NCBI GenBank assembly: GCA_963600815.1
Contig: CAVCCX010000002.1
Location: forward strand, 16,033 to 80,032
From: Bacteroides uniformis
GTDB taxonomy: Bacteria > Bacillota_I > Bacilli_A > RFN20 > CAG-288
Direction: 5' to 3'
Length of the DNA: 64,000 bases
The translations under genes and the position numbers were made by a program. Of this stretch, positions 62,895-64,000 are shown piece by piece. Numbering within the stretch: position 1 is the first letter of the stretch; every line of letters starts with the position of its first letter. The notes below the pieces were generated by a model. The model ran no database searches and had not been told where the DNA came from. It saw nothing but the letters and a program-made list of their open reading frames with translations.

Positions 62895-64000
62895 CTAATT
62901 TGCCTGAATCACCTTACTAGCCTCAGCGGCTGTGAGAGTGAATTCCTGGGTCATCTGAGAACTCTTATAGGAGATATAGTTGAAGACATAGTCACCCGAT
63001 TCATTCTTGCTTGCTTCCAGTGTCGTACGGTTGCAGCGGAAGAAGAATTTCTCGGTGGTCGAATCATAGGACCAGGTTCCTTTTTCCGTGACATTGTAGT
63101 TATAGAAATGGAAGGCATAGGAATGATCGCTATAGAAGATGAATCCGAAGTGGGTCTGCGAGGCATTTACCTTGTCGATATTCGAAACCACCTTTGGAAG
63201 GAAGGAAGTATCATTGATGACAAAGGCCTGAGAGAGACGGGAATCGACATGGGCAAGATAGGTTCCCTTGTAGGTTCCATCTTCCTGCTTGGTCAATTCA
63301 TTGACGGTGAGACCCAACGTCAAAACGAATTTGTCATTCTCTTCATCATAGGTCCAGCCACCATTTTCTTCCTGCCATTCTCCAGAGAAGGCATAGGCGA
63401 AGGTGTAGGTGTGATCATGATTCAAGGAGAGATAGGTCTTTTCAGGGGCTACAACACCCTTGACCTTACAGTCCGAAACAGAGAAGACACTCTTGAAGGT
63501 TTCAGCATCCATCTTGTAATTCTGCGTATAGCCAGCGCTGTAGCTGAAGAGATAGCTTCCATCCTCCTGTATAGCGGAGGTCGCGGCGAGAGTTCCTGTG
63601 GAGGAGAGAATTTCGACACTGCCATCCTCCTTGATGTTGTAGGTTCCAGGGATGTTATAGGAAGTCGTACTTCCAGTTGGAGTCATCGCGATATTCGTCG
63701 TTCCATCGGAGTTGATGCTCAAGAGCGAAGCCGTATCTCTTTCTTCACCGCGAAGAGTCACAAGAGCATGGACGAAGACTTTTCCGAAAGCCTTCTTGCT
63801 CAAGGTGTAGTTCTGCGTAAGCTGTTCCGACTGGGAATAGGTGTAGCTGATGACATATAAGCCATTGGAATATTTGCTTGTTCCGCAAGTCTTATCTCCG
63901 ACCTTCAATGTGACGACATCACTTGCAGAATCATATGTCCAGGTTCCTTCGTCCTTGGCTGGCGTTCCTGAATAGGCAAAGACATAGCTTCCATCGGAAT
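62895..64000 (-). CDS. Repeat protein with lipocalin-like G[TG]W[ST]YD modules (5' end outside the window)
   Basis: The frame stays open upstream of the track start (TTG 63908) to the window edge (..GTWTYDSASDVVTLKVGDK..). Recurrent modules are GTWTYDSASD, GGWTYDEENDKFVL and GTWSYDSTTEKFFF. Confidence 0.7.
   Translation of the reverse strand, partial: SDGSYVFAYSGTPAKDEGTWTYDSASDVVTLKVGDKTCGTSKYSNGLYVISYTYSQSEQLTQNYTLSKKAFGKVFVHALVTLRGEERDTASLLSINSDGTTNIAMTPTGSTTSYNIPGTYNIKEDGSVEILSSTGTLAATSAIQEDGSYLFSYSAGYTQNYKMDAETFKSVFSVSDCKVKGVVAPEKTYLSLNHDHTYTFAYAFSGEWQEENGGWTYDEENDKFVLTLGLTVNELTKQEDGTYKGTYLAHVDSRLSQAFVINDTSFLPKVVSNIDKVNASQTHFGFIFYSDHSYAFHFYNYNVTEKGTWSYDSTTEKFFFRCNRTTLEASKNESGDYVFNYISYKSSQMTQEFTLTAAEASKVIQAN

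Noticed and set aside
1-64000. Scan for tRNA, rRNA, CRISPR arrays and IS elements
   Set aside because: No GGTTCGAATCC-type T-arm or cloverleaf candidates occur in the intergenic regions. There are no regularly spaced direct repeats and no transposase-like ORFs.

Overview
This is a core chromosomal segment of a low-GC Gram-positive bacterium (Bacillota). Hand counts on sampled stretches give about 45-48% GC. Nearly every gene is housekeeping. The order pgsA-cinA-recA-rny-ymdB-spoVS-miaB-ymcA-mutS-mutL-miaA matches Bacillus. It is followed by fhs-folD, two fused ATPase/FtsX ABC proteins, a cold-shock gene, a TGS-uridine-kinase fusion, and a T-box(Met)-controlled metNIQ operon. Next come a truncated GH3 remnant, an orphan ECF S-component, greA, comEA-comEC, coaX, pepV, trmB and the CIRCE-controlled hrcA-grpE-dnaK-dnaJ operon. 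Then come class-3 fbp, a tyrosine phosphatase, two CNNM/CorC transporters, a Udk-CYTH fusion, cvpA and a DJ-1 protein. The window ends with aguA-aguB, xth, rnj, deoC, rpsT, holA, a cyclophilin, gpmA, a second FtsX-type ABC module and a partial lipocalin-repeat protein. I saw no rRNA, tRNA, CRISPR array, transposase or integrase. The one clearly accessory segment is an AT-rich cassette of about 4.9 kb at about 43.4-48.35 kb (about 30-35% GC over most of it). It carries a two-gene minus-strand operon: a DUF2971-like protein and a 1154-aa single-pass membrane protein. The large protein has a J-like segment without HPD, phased 44-aa YKDS repeats, a TM helix, an InlB-B-repeat-like domain and a DUF6273-like domain. 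A near-consensus promoter sits upstream of the cassette, and a G10 homopolymer fills its spacer, which makes it a candidate phase-variable switch. The cassette is flanked by an 11-bp direct repeat that duplicates the extended -10 element, so it may have inserted between a promoter and the CNNM genes. All domain and family names come from motif recognition by eye. No searches were run.
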